64,000 bases of DNA from Cuniculiplasma divulgatum (GTDB taxonomy: Archaea > Thermoplasmatota > Thermoplasmata > Thermoplasmatales > Thermoplasmataceae): positions 1,386,877 through 1,450,876 of the forward strand of contig CP133595.1 in assembly GCA_031200235.1 (NCBI GenBank), read 5' to 3'. Both the position numbers and the translations under genes were made by a program. The notes under the pieces were generated by a model. The model was not told the DNA's origin. It made no database searches and worked only from the letters and a program-made list of their open reading frames with translations. Positions 39,783 through 49,120 of this stretch are shown here, one piece after another (position 1 is the first letter of the stretch; every line of letters begins with the position of its first letter).

Positions 39783-41032
39783 TGGTCATCCCTGAAAATG
39801 GACATGTCAAGCAGTCCATGTCCGCTCACATTCACAACGACTGTCTTTCTCTCGTCCTTATGGCTTCTCACGTAATCAATGGCCGTGGCAATGGCATGCC
39901 CTGATTCCGGTGCTGCAACGATTCCCTGAGTTCTTGAGAAAATCTTGAGAGCTTCTATGACGCTTTCCTGACTTTCATCGACTGTCTTTATTCTTCCAGT
40001 ATTGACAAGCATTGAGAGGGACGGGGCAGCGCCGTGGTACCTGAGCCCGCCTGCATATATTTTCTCCGGCATGAAGTCTGCCCCTAGAGAAAACATCTTC
40101 ACAGATGGCAGGATCCTTGCGGTGTCCACATAATCATATTTATATTCTCCCTTTGTGAATTTAGGGACCTCAGCTGCCGTTGATGCTATCACCTCCACAT
40201 CCTTGAATTTCTTCATGAGGGGAAATGAGAATCCGCCGAAGTTACTGCCGCCACCAACGCAGCCTATAAGGACATCAGGTTCAGTTCCCATGATCTCAAG
40301 TTGTTTTTCCGTTTCCAGACCTATGATGCTCTGGTGCGTCAGCACGGAGTTGAACACACTTCCGACAAGGTATCTGAGATTGTGGTCCAGAGCATATTCA
40401 ACTGCCTCGCCTATTCCTATTCCCAGTGAACCCGGATGATCCGGATTCTGCTTAAGCATGCTTCTGCCGAATTCCGTTTCGTCAGAAGGGCTTGGAGAAA
40501 CTTCTCCACCATAAAGCTGCATGATCTTCTTTCTCAGGGGCTTCTGCTGGTAACTTATTCTAACCATGAAGACCTTGGCCTTGATTCCTGCAAATGAAGC
40601 AGCAACGCTTGTGGCCGTGCCCCACTGTCCAGCACCGGTCTCGGTTACAACTTTCTCGACACCCTCATTTGCCGCATAGATGGCCTGGGGCACAGCGGTG
40701 TTTATCTTGTGCGATCCAGTTATGGTGGCCCCTTCATATTTGTAGAGTATCTTGCCGGAGTAATCCAGATATTTTTCCAATCCTCTTGCCCTTACAAGCG
40801 GAGTAGGGCGTCCTGTCTGCTCATATATCTCCCTTACCTCATCTGGAATCTTCAGGAATCTCTGGAATGTGAACTCCTGTTTCAGCACTTCCTTTGGTAG
40901 GATGCTGTTCAGAAGTTCTATGGAGGATTTGTTCTTCTCATTGTCAAGGGGTGGCGGAAGCTGTTCCGGAAGATCGGGAACAACATTGTACCATTTTTCT
41001 GGGATCAGATCACTTTTCTGTGTTGATAGCAT
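39779..41032 (-). CDS. trpB: tryptophan synthase beta chain, TrpB2 type
   Basis: IPEKWYNVVPDLPEQLPPPL N-terminus, GSHKINTA, GGGSNFGG. Start set to ATG 41032 because the first ATG codons (41065-41042) overlap or abut a TATA-like tttaaatattat. Confidence 0.9.
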   Translation of the reverse strand: MLSTQKSDLIPEKWYNVVPDLPEQLPPPLDNEKNKSSIELLNSILPKEVLKQEFTFQRFLKIPDEVREIYEQTGRPTPLVRARGLEKYLDYSGKILYKYEGATITGSHKINTAVPQAIYAANEGVEKVVTETGAGQWGTATSVAASFAGIKAKVFMVRISYQQKPLRKKIMQLYGGEVSPSPSDETEFGRSMLKQNPDHPGSLGIGIGEAVEYALDHNLRYLVGSVFNSVLTHQSIIGLETEKQLEIMGTEPDVLIGCVGGGSNFGGFSFPLMKKFKDVEVIASTAAEVPKFTKGEYKYDYVDTARILPSVKMFSLGADFMPEKIYAGGLRYHGAAPSLSMLVNTGRIKTVDESQESVIEALKIFSRTQGIVAAPESGHAIATAIDYVRSHKDERKTVVVNVSGHGLLDMSIFRDDQ

Positions 41033-41050
41033 GTAATCTACCATCATTGT

Positions 41051-41062
41051 ATAATATTTAAA
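41051..41062 (-). promoter_or_regulatory. TATA box of the trp operon
   Basis: The minus strand reads tttaaatattat, centred about 25 nt upstream of ATG 41032. Confidence 0.5.
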
Positions 41063-41218
41063 CATTAATGTTTAGTATAGCTCACTATAGATATTTGTAT
41101 ACCATCAGGTACGATATAAACAATTCCACAGACACTGATTATTTTGCTGCCTGTCATACTTCACTGAATTTTCTCCCCGTATGTCATTCTTTATATTTAG
41201 AAAGAAAATCAAGTATGG

Positions 41219-42190
41219 ATGCCCAGAACTATTCTTGGTTATGATGTGGGTGGGACAAAAATTTCAGCCGTGATCGGCGATGAAAATGGCAGGATCATCA
41301 AGTCGCTGAGGAAACCGACTGTAAGGCACCTGGGTGGAGGCAGGCTCAAGGAAGATCTCATAAACATGGGCTGGAAGCTGCTGGATGAGGTTGGTGTAAA
41401 ACAGCCGGATAACATAGGAGTTGTGTTTGCAGGACTGGTGGACAGGGAGAAGGGAATGGTATTATCGTCCCCAAATATTCTGGGCCTCAGAAATTTCCCA
41501 ATTAGCGAAGCACTTGAGACTGAATTTGGAGTGCCTGTTGATCTTGAAAATGATGCTACAGGAGCAACAATAGCGGAAAGGATGTTCGGCAATGGCAGAG
41601 GCATCGATAACTTCGTTTACATGACGCTGAGCACTGGCATCGGCGGCGGGGCATTCCTGAACGGGCAGCTTTACCGTGGTGCACATGGAATGGCGCTGGA
41701 GGTTGGCCATATGGTGGTCATGTCCAACGGCCCAGTCTGCGGGTGCGGACGGAGAGGTTGCCTGGAGGCAATTGCAGGTGGCAGGGGAATAGCAAGACGT
41801 GTTTCGGAAAACATCACGGCCGTGAAGGAATCTGAACTCTTTTCAAAGGTTAAGCCTTCAGAGATAGATGCGAAGAAGGTCTTTGAGTTCAAGCGAAAAG
41901 GCGATATGTTTTCCCAGCTCATAGTAGAGGAGACCATATATTACCTGGCAGTGGGCATTGTAAACATAATCAACATACTGGACCCGGAAGTTCTCATCAT
42001 AGGTGGTGGCATAGCCAACGCCGGCAATGATCTATTTGGGCCACTGAGAACAGCGGTCAGGGAGGAATTCAAGAGTATGTACAGGCCAGTGAAGATTTTG
42101 AGGGGACTGAAGAACGGGCCGGATCTTGCCCCTGTTTCTGTGCCGCTCTTCAACCGGCTTGTTGCGGAAGGAAATCCTGACACGAAATAA
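41219..42190 (+). CDS. ROK-family sugar kinase (glucokinase-like)
   Basis: 323 aa. GYDVGGTKI, ENDATGA, zinc motif GHMVV..CGCGRRGCLE. Confidence 0.88.
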   Translation: MPRTILGYDVGGTKISAVIGDENGRIIKSLRKPTVRHLGGGRLKEDLINMGWKLLDEVGVKQPDNIGVVFAGLVDREKGMVLSSPNILGLRNFPISEALETEFGVPVDLENDATGATIAERMFGNGRGIDNFVYMTLSTGIGGGAFLNGQLYRGAHGMALEVGHMVVMSNGPVCGCGRRGCLEAIAGGRGIARRVSENITAVKESELFSKVKPSEIDAKKVFEFKRKGDMFSQLIVEETIYYLAVGIVNIINILDPEVLIIGGGIANAGNDLFGPLRTAVREEFKSMYRPVKILRGLKNGPDLAPVSVPLFNRLVAEGNPDTK

Positions 42191-42298
42191 TTGGTCATTA
42201 TCACTCCCGATTCAGAAAACCTCTAAGTCTTCACAATTAAAACTTCCGCTTCATGTATTAGTATATGTTAATATATAGATATACAGCATAAATAATGC

Positions 42299-42673
42299 AT
42301 GAGTGGCGACGGAACCTGGCACGGAGTTGAAAGGCGCCTTGTTGAATGGTATCCAATTGTTGATGCCCAGAAGTGTGACGGATGTGGAATGTGTCTGCTT
42401 ACCTGTGGAAATGATGTATATCGGTGGGACCTTCATGCGTCAAAGCCCGTAGTCGTAAATCCCGGAAAATGTGTGATTGGATGCACAACCTGCGGAAAGC
42501 TCTGTGACAGGGATGCCATAGCATTTCCAGAGGATCCAAAAAAATTTGTCAGAAACGTAGTGATCAAGTACAAGATTTTCCCCAGGGTTAAGGAAGATCT
42601 TGCTGCGAGGCTTGAGAAATTCCCGGAGCACTCTGTTCATCTGGAGGAGGATGTTATAAATGACAAACAGTAA
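42299..42673 (+). CDS. 4Fe-4S dicluster ferredoxin-domain protein, paralogue 1
   Basis: 124 aa. WHGVERRLVEWYP..CDGCGMCLLTCG...CVIGCTTCGKLC. Confidence 0.75.
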   Translation: MSGDGTWHGVERRLVEWYPIVDAQKCDGCGMCLLTCGNDVYRWDLHASKPVVVNPGKCVIGCTTCGKLCDRDAIAFPEDPKKFVRNVVIKYKIFPRVKEDLAARLEKFPEHSVHLEEDVINDKQ

Positions 42674-43046
42674 TGCAGCAACCCCATTTGCAATATGGCA
42701 CGGAATGGAAAGGAAGAATATAGACTGGCATCCGACAGTGGACGAGAGCAAGTGTACGGGTTGCGGTCTCTGTGTGGTGACCTGCGGCGAAAAAAGGAAC
42801 GTATTCGGTTATGATCTGGAAAGGAGCAAGTCGGTAGTCATGTTTCCAGAGAACTGTATGGTTGGATGCAACAACTGTGGAGTTGCCTGCCTCTGGAATG
42901 CAATCTCATTCCCTGACCTGTCATACCTGAAAGAAGTTGTGGAGAGAATTCCTGCCGGTCAGGTCCAGAAAGAGTTTCAGAAAAAAATATCAGACAATCC
43001 TTCCCTAATTGCAGCTCAGAGCAATGCATCCTTTTCGAAGCTTTAA
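42660..43046 (+). CDS. 4Fe-4S dicluster ferredoxin-domain protein, paralogue 2
   Basis: 128 aa. WHGMERKNIDWHP..CTGCGLCVVTCG...CMVGCNNCGVAC. Overlaps paralogue 1 by 14 nt. Confidence 0.75.
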   Translation: MTNSNAATPFAIWHGMERKNIDWHPTVDESKCTGCGLCVVTCGEKRNVFGYDLERSKSVVMFPENCMVGCNNCGVACLWNAISFPDLSYLKEVVERIPAGQVQKEFQKKISDNPSLIAAQSNASFSKL

Positions 43047-43238
43047 CCGCTTCCCAGAACGGAATAATTCATTGCTCTTCACAGGTATCCCTGGTGGAAA
43101 GCCATCCAGATTCATAAATACAATTTACCATATGAATGGCTTCAGTCCAAATTTGTTAGAACCTGGAAGAAAATCCTGCATTGAACGTGGCATCTGGGAA
43201 CCTGCCTTTTATTTTGGTGTCATTGGTTCAGCATATGT

Positions 43239-44141
43239 TTATGGGAAAAGCGAATCTGCGTATTCCTGTGAACTGCATTCAATATCAGGTTGTATACGGT
43301 AATTTGCCACCTCTTTACTCAACCACTCCTCTGTGCCAGTGAATTTAAACCCCTCATGGTTGGCCTTTTGAGTTGACAGAATAAAGTCCACATCCTTATA
43401 GTATCCGGATTTGTCTTGCTCTGATTGTGACTGGAAAGAAACAGTTTTTCCCATGACTTTTCCTATTAAGTTAAGAAAGGTTCGTATGTCGAAACATTCT
43501 GCTGATGCGCCATTGTATGGCCATTTCTTATCATGTGTTTCCAGCCATGCCAAAAACCGGCCTGCGTCATCCACCCAGGTAAAGTTTCTTCTGCCGGCTT
43601 TTTCGGGTGCCCAGAAAGGTCTGCCCTGTTCTATCCTTCTGAGATGATCCTGAAATCTAAGGGTACTGTCACAGTTGCCCAAAATGCTGGGGAATCTCGC
43701 AGATGAAACCGCAAAATCAGCGTTCTGGTATACATAGGCCTCAACATTTCTCTTTCCATCTGAGTAGGATTTTTCGCTCTCTTTATCATCAAATTCATAA
43801 CTAAAAGGGTCAAATTGATCTTCAGATAATAATCCCGATTTGTCTGAATATACAGCTGCGCTTGAGGTGAATATATACGAATCAGTTTTTCCCGCCATGA
43901 TATCAGTGAGTTCCTTTACGTCCTTAATCCTGAAAGCCAGCTGATCATAAACTGCATCAAAGTGATCCAAATTTCCAATTGATTCTTTAACGGATAGTGG
44001 ATTGAATCTGTCAAAATGTAAATATTTTGCCTCACCTGCAAATGATACCTTAGTTTTTCCATTTGAGGCAGCAAAGACCTCATGACCATCATTCAGCAGG
44101 TATTTGACAAGGAAACGCCCTATAAATCCAGTTCCGCCCAT
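43239..44141 (-). CDS. NAD-dependent epimerase/dehydratase family protein
   Basis: 300 aa with N-terminal Rossmann motif GGTGFIGRFLV. Confidence 0.8.
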   Translation of the reverse strand: MGGTGFIGRFLVKYLLNDGHEVFAASNGKTKVSFAGEAKYLHFDRFNPLSVKESIGNLDHFDAVYDQLAFRIKDVKELTDIMAGKTDSYIFTSSAAVYSDKSGLLSEDQFDPFSYEFDDKESEKSYSDGKRNVEAYVYQNADFAVSSARFPSILGNCDSTLRFQDHLRRIEQGRPFWAPEKAGRRNFTWVDDAGRFLAWLETHDKKWPYNGASAECFDIRTFLNLIGKVMGKTVSFQSQSEQDKSGYYKDVDFILSTQKANHEGFKFTGTEEWLSKEVANYRIQPDIECSSQEYADSLFP

Positions 44142-44224
44142 AACTAGAATCCGAATATAACGCCAGAATAACAGACAGCATTTTTAATTGCCGTGTGGCC
44201 CTGCAAATCTTAATACTGCATAAG

Positions 44225-44298
44225 AGCCGCCGACGGGATTCGATCCCGCGACCTCGTGCTTACCAAGCACGCGCTCTACCAGGCTGAGCTACGACGGC
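44225..44298 (-). tRNA. tRNA-Thr (GGT)
   Basis: Minus strand GCCGTCG..CGGCGGC acceptor. Anticodon arm CGTGC-TTGGTAA-GCACG. T arm GCGGG-ATCGAAT-CCCGT. Confidence 0.9.
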
Positions 44299-44321
44299 AC
44301 GGCAATGGTGATGTTTTGGAC

Positions 44322-44336
44322 GGTATATAATTTTTT
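44322..44336 (-). promoter_or_regulatory. TATA box for tRNA-Thr
   Basis: The minus strand reads aaaaattatatacc, centred about 29 nt upstream of tRNA position 1. Confidence 0.5.
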
Positions 44337-44483
44337 CAAGACATGATTATGATATTTTCTCCGAGGCAAAAGCCAGCATATGGGGGTTTTGAAACAGGCA
44401 TATTATGAATTTTTCCGTGCATGGAACCCGAATGCGTTAGCGATTACAAATGTATTTTAGTAAGTTTGAGACTCACCATGTAA

Positions 44484-46592
44484 ATGATTACTTCCCTTAT
44501 GGATGACCCGGAAAAGATTAAGGCCGGGTGGATGAGGATATTTTCGGAATTCGGGTATCTTGACAGGATAAACAAGCTGAGTGCAATGTATCCGGAGGAA
44601 AAATCCTTATACGTATCATTCAGGGACATTTCAGAGTATGGCCGAAGCAATGGCTTTGACCAGGGACTGGCTGAGGATCCGGAGCTTTTCATTTCACTGG
44701 GAGAAGACGTCCTGAAGGAAATGATGCGCCATGATCGGGGAAATGTCACAAGAATAAATCTCAGGATCACCGACATTAGCGAGGATCCTGCATTCCGCAA
44801 GGAAATCAGGCAGTTGAGGAGTCCGGATATAGGCAAGCTGCTCAGCATAACTGGAATAATAAGGAAAAATACCGAAGTTCTCCCACGGCTCCAGATAGCT
44901 GCATTTGAATGCAGCGTATGTGGCGAGATAAATCTCGTTCATCAGGAACGGGGGAAGCTGGATGAACCGCAGGAGTGTCAGGGAAAGCTGGAGAGCGGCC
45001 TGGATCATTCCAAGGCAAAATTCAAGTTGAAATCGGATCTTTCTGAGTTTGTTGATACACAAAAGGTGGAGCTCCAGGAAAATCCTGAGACGCTTGAGGG
45101 CGGAACCCAGCCCCAGAGAATAGCAGTCATAATGGAAGATGACATCACGGGAAGGCTGTTTCCTGGCGACAGAGTGACAATCGACGGAATCCTCCGTGCA
45201 GAGCAGAAGAGAGCCGGAAACATAATGCTCACTGAATATGACATCTTCTTCTACGCTCTTCACTATAAGAAGTCGAAGGAGCTTGAGGAGATCAACATTT
45301 CAACTGAAGATGAGGAGAAGATAGTTGAACTGTCACGTACGCCCAATATAATTGATGTTCTGGCCACATCCATTGCACCCACAATATATGGCATGGAAAT
45401 GGTGAAAACAACACTTGTTCTCCAGATGTTTGGAGGAGTCCGTAAGGTCATGAGGGACGGAACTACCATGAGGGGTGATATCCACATACTTATGGTGGGC
45501 GACCCTGGAACAGCCAAGTCCCAGCTTTTGAAGTACATGACAGAGATTTCTCCACGTGGTGTTTTTGCCTTTGGCAGGGGGTCCAGTGCGGCTGGACTTA
45601 CGGCAGCAGCAGTAAGAGATGACTTCGGAGAAGGCAGATGGACTCTGGAAGCCGGAGCACTGGTGCTTGCAGACAACGGCTTTGCAGCAATCGATGAGCT
45701 TGACAAGATGGATGACAAGGATACTGCGGCAATGCACGAAGCCATGGAGCAGCAGACCATAACCATAAGCAAGGCAGGCATAATGGCCACCCTTAAGTCT
45801 AGATGTTCTATTCTGGGTGCAGCAAATCCCAAATTCGGGAGATATGATCAGAACAGGCCAATAGTGGACCAGATTGACTTTCCACCGCCCCTTCTCTCAA
45901 GGTTTGACGTTATATTCAAGATCATCGACAGGCCAGACAGGAATAATGACGAAAGGCTTGCTGACCACGTACTGAAAGCCCACAGGGTCGGTGAAATTTA
46001 CCGGAGCCTTGAACTCAATGAGATCTCTGACTTCGAGATACCTGAAGAACAGGGTTTCAAGCCGGCCGTGGAGAAGGAACTCATCAGGAAATATGTTTCA
46101 TATGCAAGGACCAGGATATTCCCACGGCTTTCAGACGATGCTATCCAGGTTCTAAAGGAAGAATACGTCAAGACAAGGGGAGGTAATCCGGATTCCATAC
46201 CAATAACAGCCCGGCAGCTGGAATCCACCATCAGGCTGGCAGAGGCAGCTGCCAAGGCCAGGCTTTCCCCCATTGTAACCACAGCAGACGCCCTGCTGGC
46301 CAAGAAGATAGTGGACTACTATCTCAAGGACGTTTCAATGAACAATGGTGAACTTGACATAGATATCTTGTATACGGGAACAAGCTCAAAGCAGCGGTCA
46401 GATCTGGAGACTGTATTCGACATAATACGGGAAATAAAGAAGGAGAAGAATCAGGCGGACATCGACGATGTTATTGCCATATCAGCATCCAGAGGACTTA
46501 CCGCAGAAAGAGCAGTGGAGGCGATCGCCAGGCTTAAGAGCGCCGGGCAGATTTACGAGCCATCCTACAGGAAATTAGATGTGATAAGGTGA
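44484..46592 (+). CDS. mcm: MCM replicative helicase
   Basis: 702 aa. Walker A MVGDPGTAKSQLL, Walker B IDELDKM, arginine finger SRFD, C-terminal winged helix. Confidence 0.95.
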   Translation: MITSLMDDPEKIKAGWMRIFSEFGYLDRINKLSAMYPEEKSLYVSFRDISEYGRSNGFDQGLAEDPELFISLGEDVLKEMMRHDRGNVTRINLRITDISEDPAFRKEIRQLRSPDIGKLLSITGIIRKNTEVLPRLQIAAFECSVCGEINLVHQERGKLDEPQECQGKLESGLDHSKAKFKLKSDLSEFVDTQKVELQENPETLEGGTQPQRIAVIMEDDITGRLFPGDRVTIDGILRAEQKRAGNIMLTEYDIFFYALHYKKSKELEEINISTEDEEKIVELSRTPNIIDVLATSIAPTIYGMEMVKTTLVLQMFGGVRKVMRDGTTMRGDIHILMVGDPGTAKSQLLKYMTEISPRGVFAFGRGSSAAGLTAAAVRDDFGEGRWTLEAGALVLADNGFAAIDELDKMDDKDTAAMHEAMEQQTITISKAGIMATLKSRCSILGAANPKFGRYDQNRPIVDQIDFPPPLLSRFDVIFKIIDRPDRNNDERLADHVLKAHRVGEIYRSLELNEISDFEIPEEQGFKPAVEKELIRKYVSYARTRIFPRLSDDAIQVLKEEYVKTRGGNPDSIPITARQLESTIRLAEAAAKARLSPIVTTADALLAKKIVDYYLKDVSMNNGELDIDILYTGTSSKQRSDLETVFDIIREIKKEKNQADIDDVIAISASRGLTAERAVEAIARLKSAGQIYEPSYRKLDVIR

Positions 46593-46897
46593 AGATGGAA
46601 ATCAACATGAAGATGATCAGTGCACAGGGTGAAGTGCTTCTGGCTGCTGCAGATTCAGACCTGATTGACAGGGATCTCAGGGAGGGGAAGCTTCACCTGA
46701 AGGTCATACCGCAATTCTACGGAGAGACAAGGGTGTCGGAGGAAACATTTCTATCGTCAATGGCCATGTGCACAATTGCCAACCTTGTTGGCAAGAAAGT
46801 AGTCAATCTTGCCATTCACAACGAGTTTATCGATCCTGAAAACGTGATCTACATCGATGGTGTTCCCCACGCCCAGTTTGCCAAGCTGGTGGAATGA
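46589..46897 (+). CDS. DUF424-family protein
   Basis: 102 aa. LLAAADSDLIDRDLREGKLHLKV..FYGE..IDGVPHAQ. Start overlaps the mcm stop; alternative ATG at 46595. Confidence 0.65.
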   Translation: MKMEINMKMISAQGEVLLAAADSDLIDRDLREGKLHLKVIPQFYGETRVSEETFLSSMAMCTIANLVGKKVVNLAIHNEFIDPENVIYIDGVPHAQFAKLVE

Positions 46898-47588
46898 CTT
46901 GGATCAGAGTGGGAAGAAAGAGGAGCTTGTTGTCCACGTTTTTGAAAGCATACAGGACAGATACGATCTCCTTGACAGCTTCATATCAATGGGGATGGAT
47001 CAGAGGTGGAGGCGAACCCTTGTATCGGAGCTTGAACTGAAAACGGGCCAGACAGTTCTGGACTGCGGAGCTGGAACAGGCAAGCTGACACATGGAATCC
47101 TGCAGGCCTGCCCCTCATGCTCAACCATATCGCTGGACATAACCCAGAGCATGTTCAGGCCATCTTACCTTCCCGAAACAAGGTTCATAACGGCAAGTGC
47201 TGAGAACATTCCTCTTGATGACGGTTCCGTGGATGCAGTTGTATCTGCATACCTCACCAGGAACCTTGAGAACCTTGACAGGTATCTTACGGAAGTGAGA
47301 AGAGTGCTAAAGCCTGGTGGCATTTTTGCAAATCTTGATATTTACAATCCAAAGACTCCGGGGTTCTCGCTGCTCTTCGGTATCTATTTCTATCATATTG
47401 TCCCGATCTTTGGAAACCTTGTGACAAGATCAACATCATACAGCTATCTTGCGGAGTCCGTCAAGAAATTCTATTCTCCAGAGGTGGTCAGGCAGAAAAT
47501 AGAGAATGCAGGCCTTACCATTAAAAAATACAGAACAATGATGCTTGGTGCAATAGCACTCCACGTGGCAGTTAAAGCTCTCCAATGA
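46857..47588 (+). CDS. UbiE/MenG-type class I SAM-dependent methyltransferase
   Basis: VFESIQDRYDLLDSFISMGMDQRWR, SAM motif VLDCGAGTGKL. Start is ATG 46857 (overlaps the upstream gene) or TTG 46899. Confidence 0.8.
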   Translation: MVFPTPSLPSWWNDLDQSGKKEELVVHVFESIQDRYDLLDSFISMGMDQRWRRTLVSELELKTGQTVLDCGAGTGKLTHGILQACPSCSTISLDITQSMFRPSYLPETRFITASAENIPLDDGSVDAVVSAYLTRNLENLDRYLTEVRRVLKPGGIFANLDIYNPKTPGFSLLFGIYFYHIVPIFGNLVTRSTSYSYLAESVKKFYSPEVVRQKIENAGLTIKKYRTMMLGAIALHVAVKALQ

Positions 47589-47630
47589 GTGATCACATTT
47601 TCACACTGGCATTATCTGCAGGGGAAATGT

Positions 47631-48908
47631 CTACTGCTTTTTCACTAGAAGGGTCAGGCCGTCCCTTGCAACTATTATGACCTTCTGTCCCTCCTCGATA
47701 CTGGTGCCGTCCACACTTCTAGCTTCCCACTGTATGCCCTCATAGGATACCCATCCCTGCGGGTTCAACTGCTTCTTTACCAGTGCGGTCTTTCCTATAA
47801 GTGCTTCAGCTCCAGTGTATTTTGAAGCCTTGAGTGAAATTGCTATCCTCCTGATCAACAGCCCAACTATCACTGCCAGAATTGCAACCAGCACAGCGGC
47901 AAGGTAGAAATCTGTTCCAATTGGTGACGGCGAATAGCCCGGGTTGCTGGAAAGATATGGCGAAGCAAGCATGAATGTTCCGACAAGAGATACGGCAACG
48001 CCTGATACCAGAGCTATGCCGTGCCCTGTTTTTGCCTCCAGGAATATGAGCACAGCCCCCATCAGCAATATTATGATACCTATCAAAGACGCACTCACCA
48101 GTTCTGCCCCAACCAGACCGAGACCTATAAATATTATGCCTATGACACTCAGGGCCACAGTCCCATGATACAGATCAGCCAGGATTGCTATGGCACCAAT
48201 GAGGATCATGATGCCGTCCACCGTTGTATTGCTCAGGAAACTGAGAAAATTGTCATAGAAAGAAGGATTCAAAGTATAGGGGTGGTACAGGGTGAGGTTA
48301 AGTGTTCCCATGAGATCTGTGAGATTGTTGGAAAGCCCGGTGATCACACCATATGACATCGCCTCAGATGCGGTGTATGCAACGTCTTCATATACCATGT
48401 TCAGGACAGCGGAAACGTTCCTGCCATGTGCCTGTGCCATTGAAGCCATGAGGCTGGCCATCGCACTCTCTGTGTGATTCTGTTCCAGTGAAGTGCCACC
48501 GACAACGATTGGAGTGGATGGCCCGATGTAGGAACCGGGGCCCATGTAGATTCCGGTGGATGCCATGGCTATATATGATCCGGCGGATGCTCCATTGGAA
48601 TCCGCAGGAATATATGTAAAAACAGGTATGCCCCGTGATTCGGTGGCATTTATTGCGCTGACCATGTCCAGCATGTTTTCCAGTATTCCGCCGGGTGTAT
48701 TCATGTCAATGATAACGGCAGCTGTGGTTGAGGATGTTAATGCTGAAAGAGAACCGGCAAGAAACTGGTCCGAGCCTGCATCAATTGCCTCGTGCAGATT
48801 AAGTATTACCACAGATTTTCCAGTGGATGCCGTGGAGTGGGAAGACAAGACCAGCAGCATTGAAACTGCCACCAGCACTATGGCCAGAGTTGTGAGCATC
48901 TTCCGCAT
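47631..48908 (-). CDS. NfeD-like membrane-bound ClpP-class serine protease
   Basis: 425 aa: signal/TM, ClpP-like domain (IDMNTPGG, SNGASAGSYIAM), several TM helices, C-terminal OB-like NfeD domain. Confidence 0.8.
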   Translation of the reverse strand: MRKMLTTLAIVLVAVSMLLVLSSHSTASTGKSVVILNLHEAIDAGSDQFLAGSLSALTSSTTAAVIIDMNTPGGILENMLDMVSAINATESRGIPVFTYIPADSNGASAGSYIAMASTGIYMGPGSYIGPSTPIVVGGTSLEQNHTESAMASLMASMAQAHGRNVSAVLNMVYEDVAYTASEAMSYGVITGLSNNLTDLMGTLNLTLYHPYTLNPSFYDNFLSFLSNTTVDGIMILIGAIAILADLYHGTVALSVIGIIFIGLGLVGAELVSASLIGIIILLMGAVLIFLEAKTGHGIALVSGVAVSLVGTFMLASPYLSSNPGYSPSPIGTDFYLAAVLVAILAVIVGLLIRRIAISLKASKYTGAEALIGKTALVKKQLNPQGWVSYEGIQWEARSVDGTSIEEGQKVIIVARDGLTLLVKKQ

Positions 48909-49120
48909 ATACAGTTAGTAGAGTGAATCTCTATAATTATATTTCCAGAAGATGATATTCGGAATTCCGGGAGTTTTCTGATGGAAAATTTCAGGTACTG
49001 TACAGAACCTGCCGTGAGCCCAATTCCTATCTTCCGTTCATGTATGGAATGGATCGGCAAGTCAAGAAGTGTTCATGAAATTCCGTAAAGAATTTTATGC
49101 ATCCATAAGATAAGCATCGG

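Noticed and set aside
41066-41218. Possible tryptophan leader peptide or attenuator upstream of the trp operon.
   Set aside because: The small minus-strand ORFs here (8 and 30 codons) contain no Trp codons, and the TATA position suggests a leaderless mRNA.
43009-43302. 97-aa plus-strand ORF in the ferredoxin-epimerase gap, and an interrupted hairpin (AAGCCAT..TTCATA / TATGAA TGGCTT) around 43096-43143.
   Set aside because: The ORF translation is not protein-like and overlaps the epimerase 3' end. The hairpin is most simply a terminator between convergent genes.
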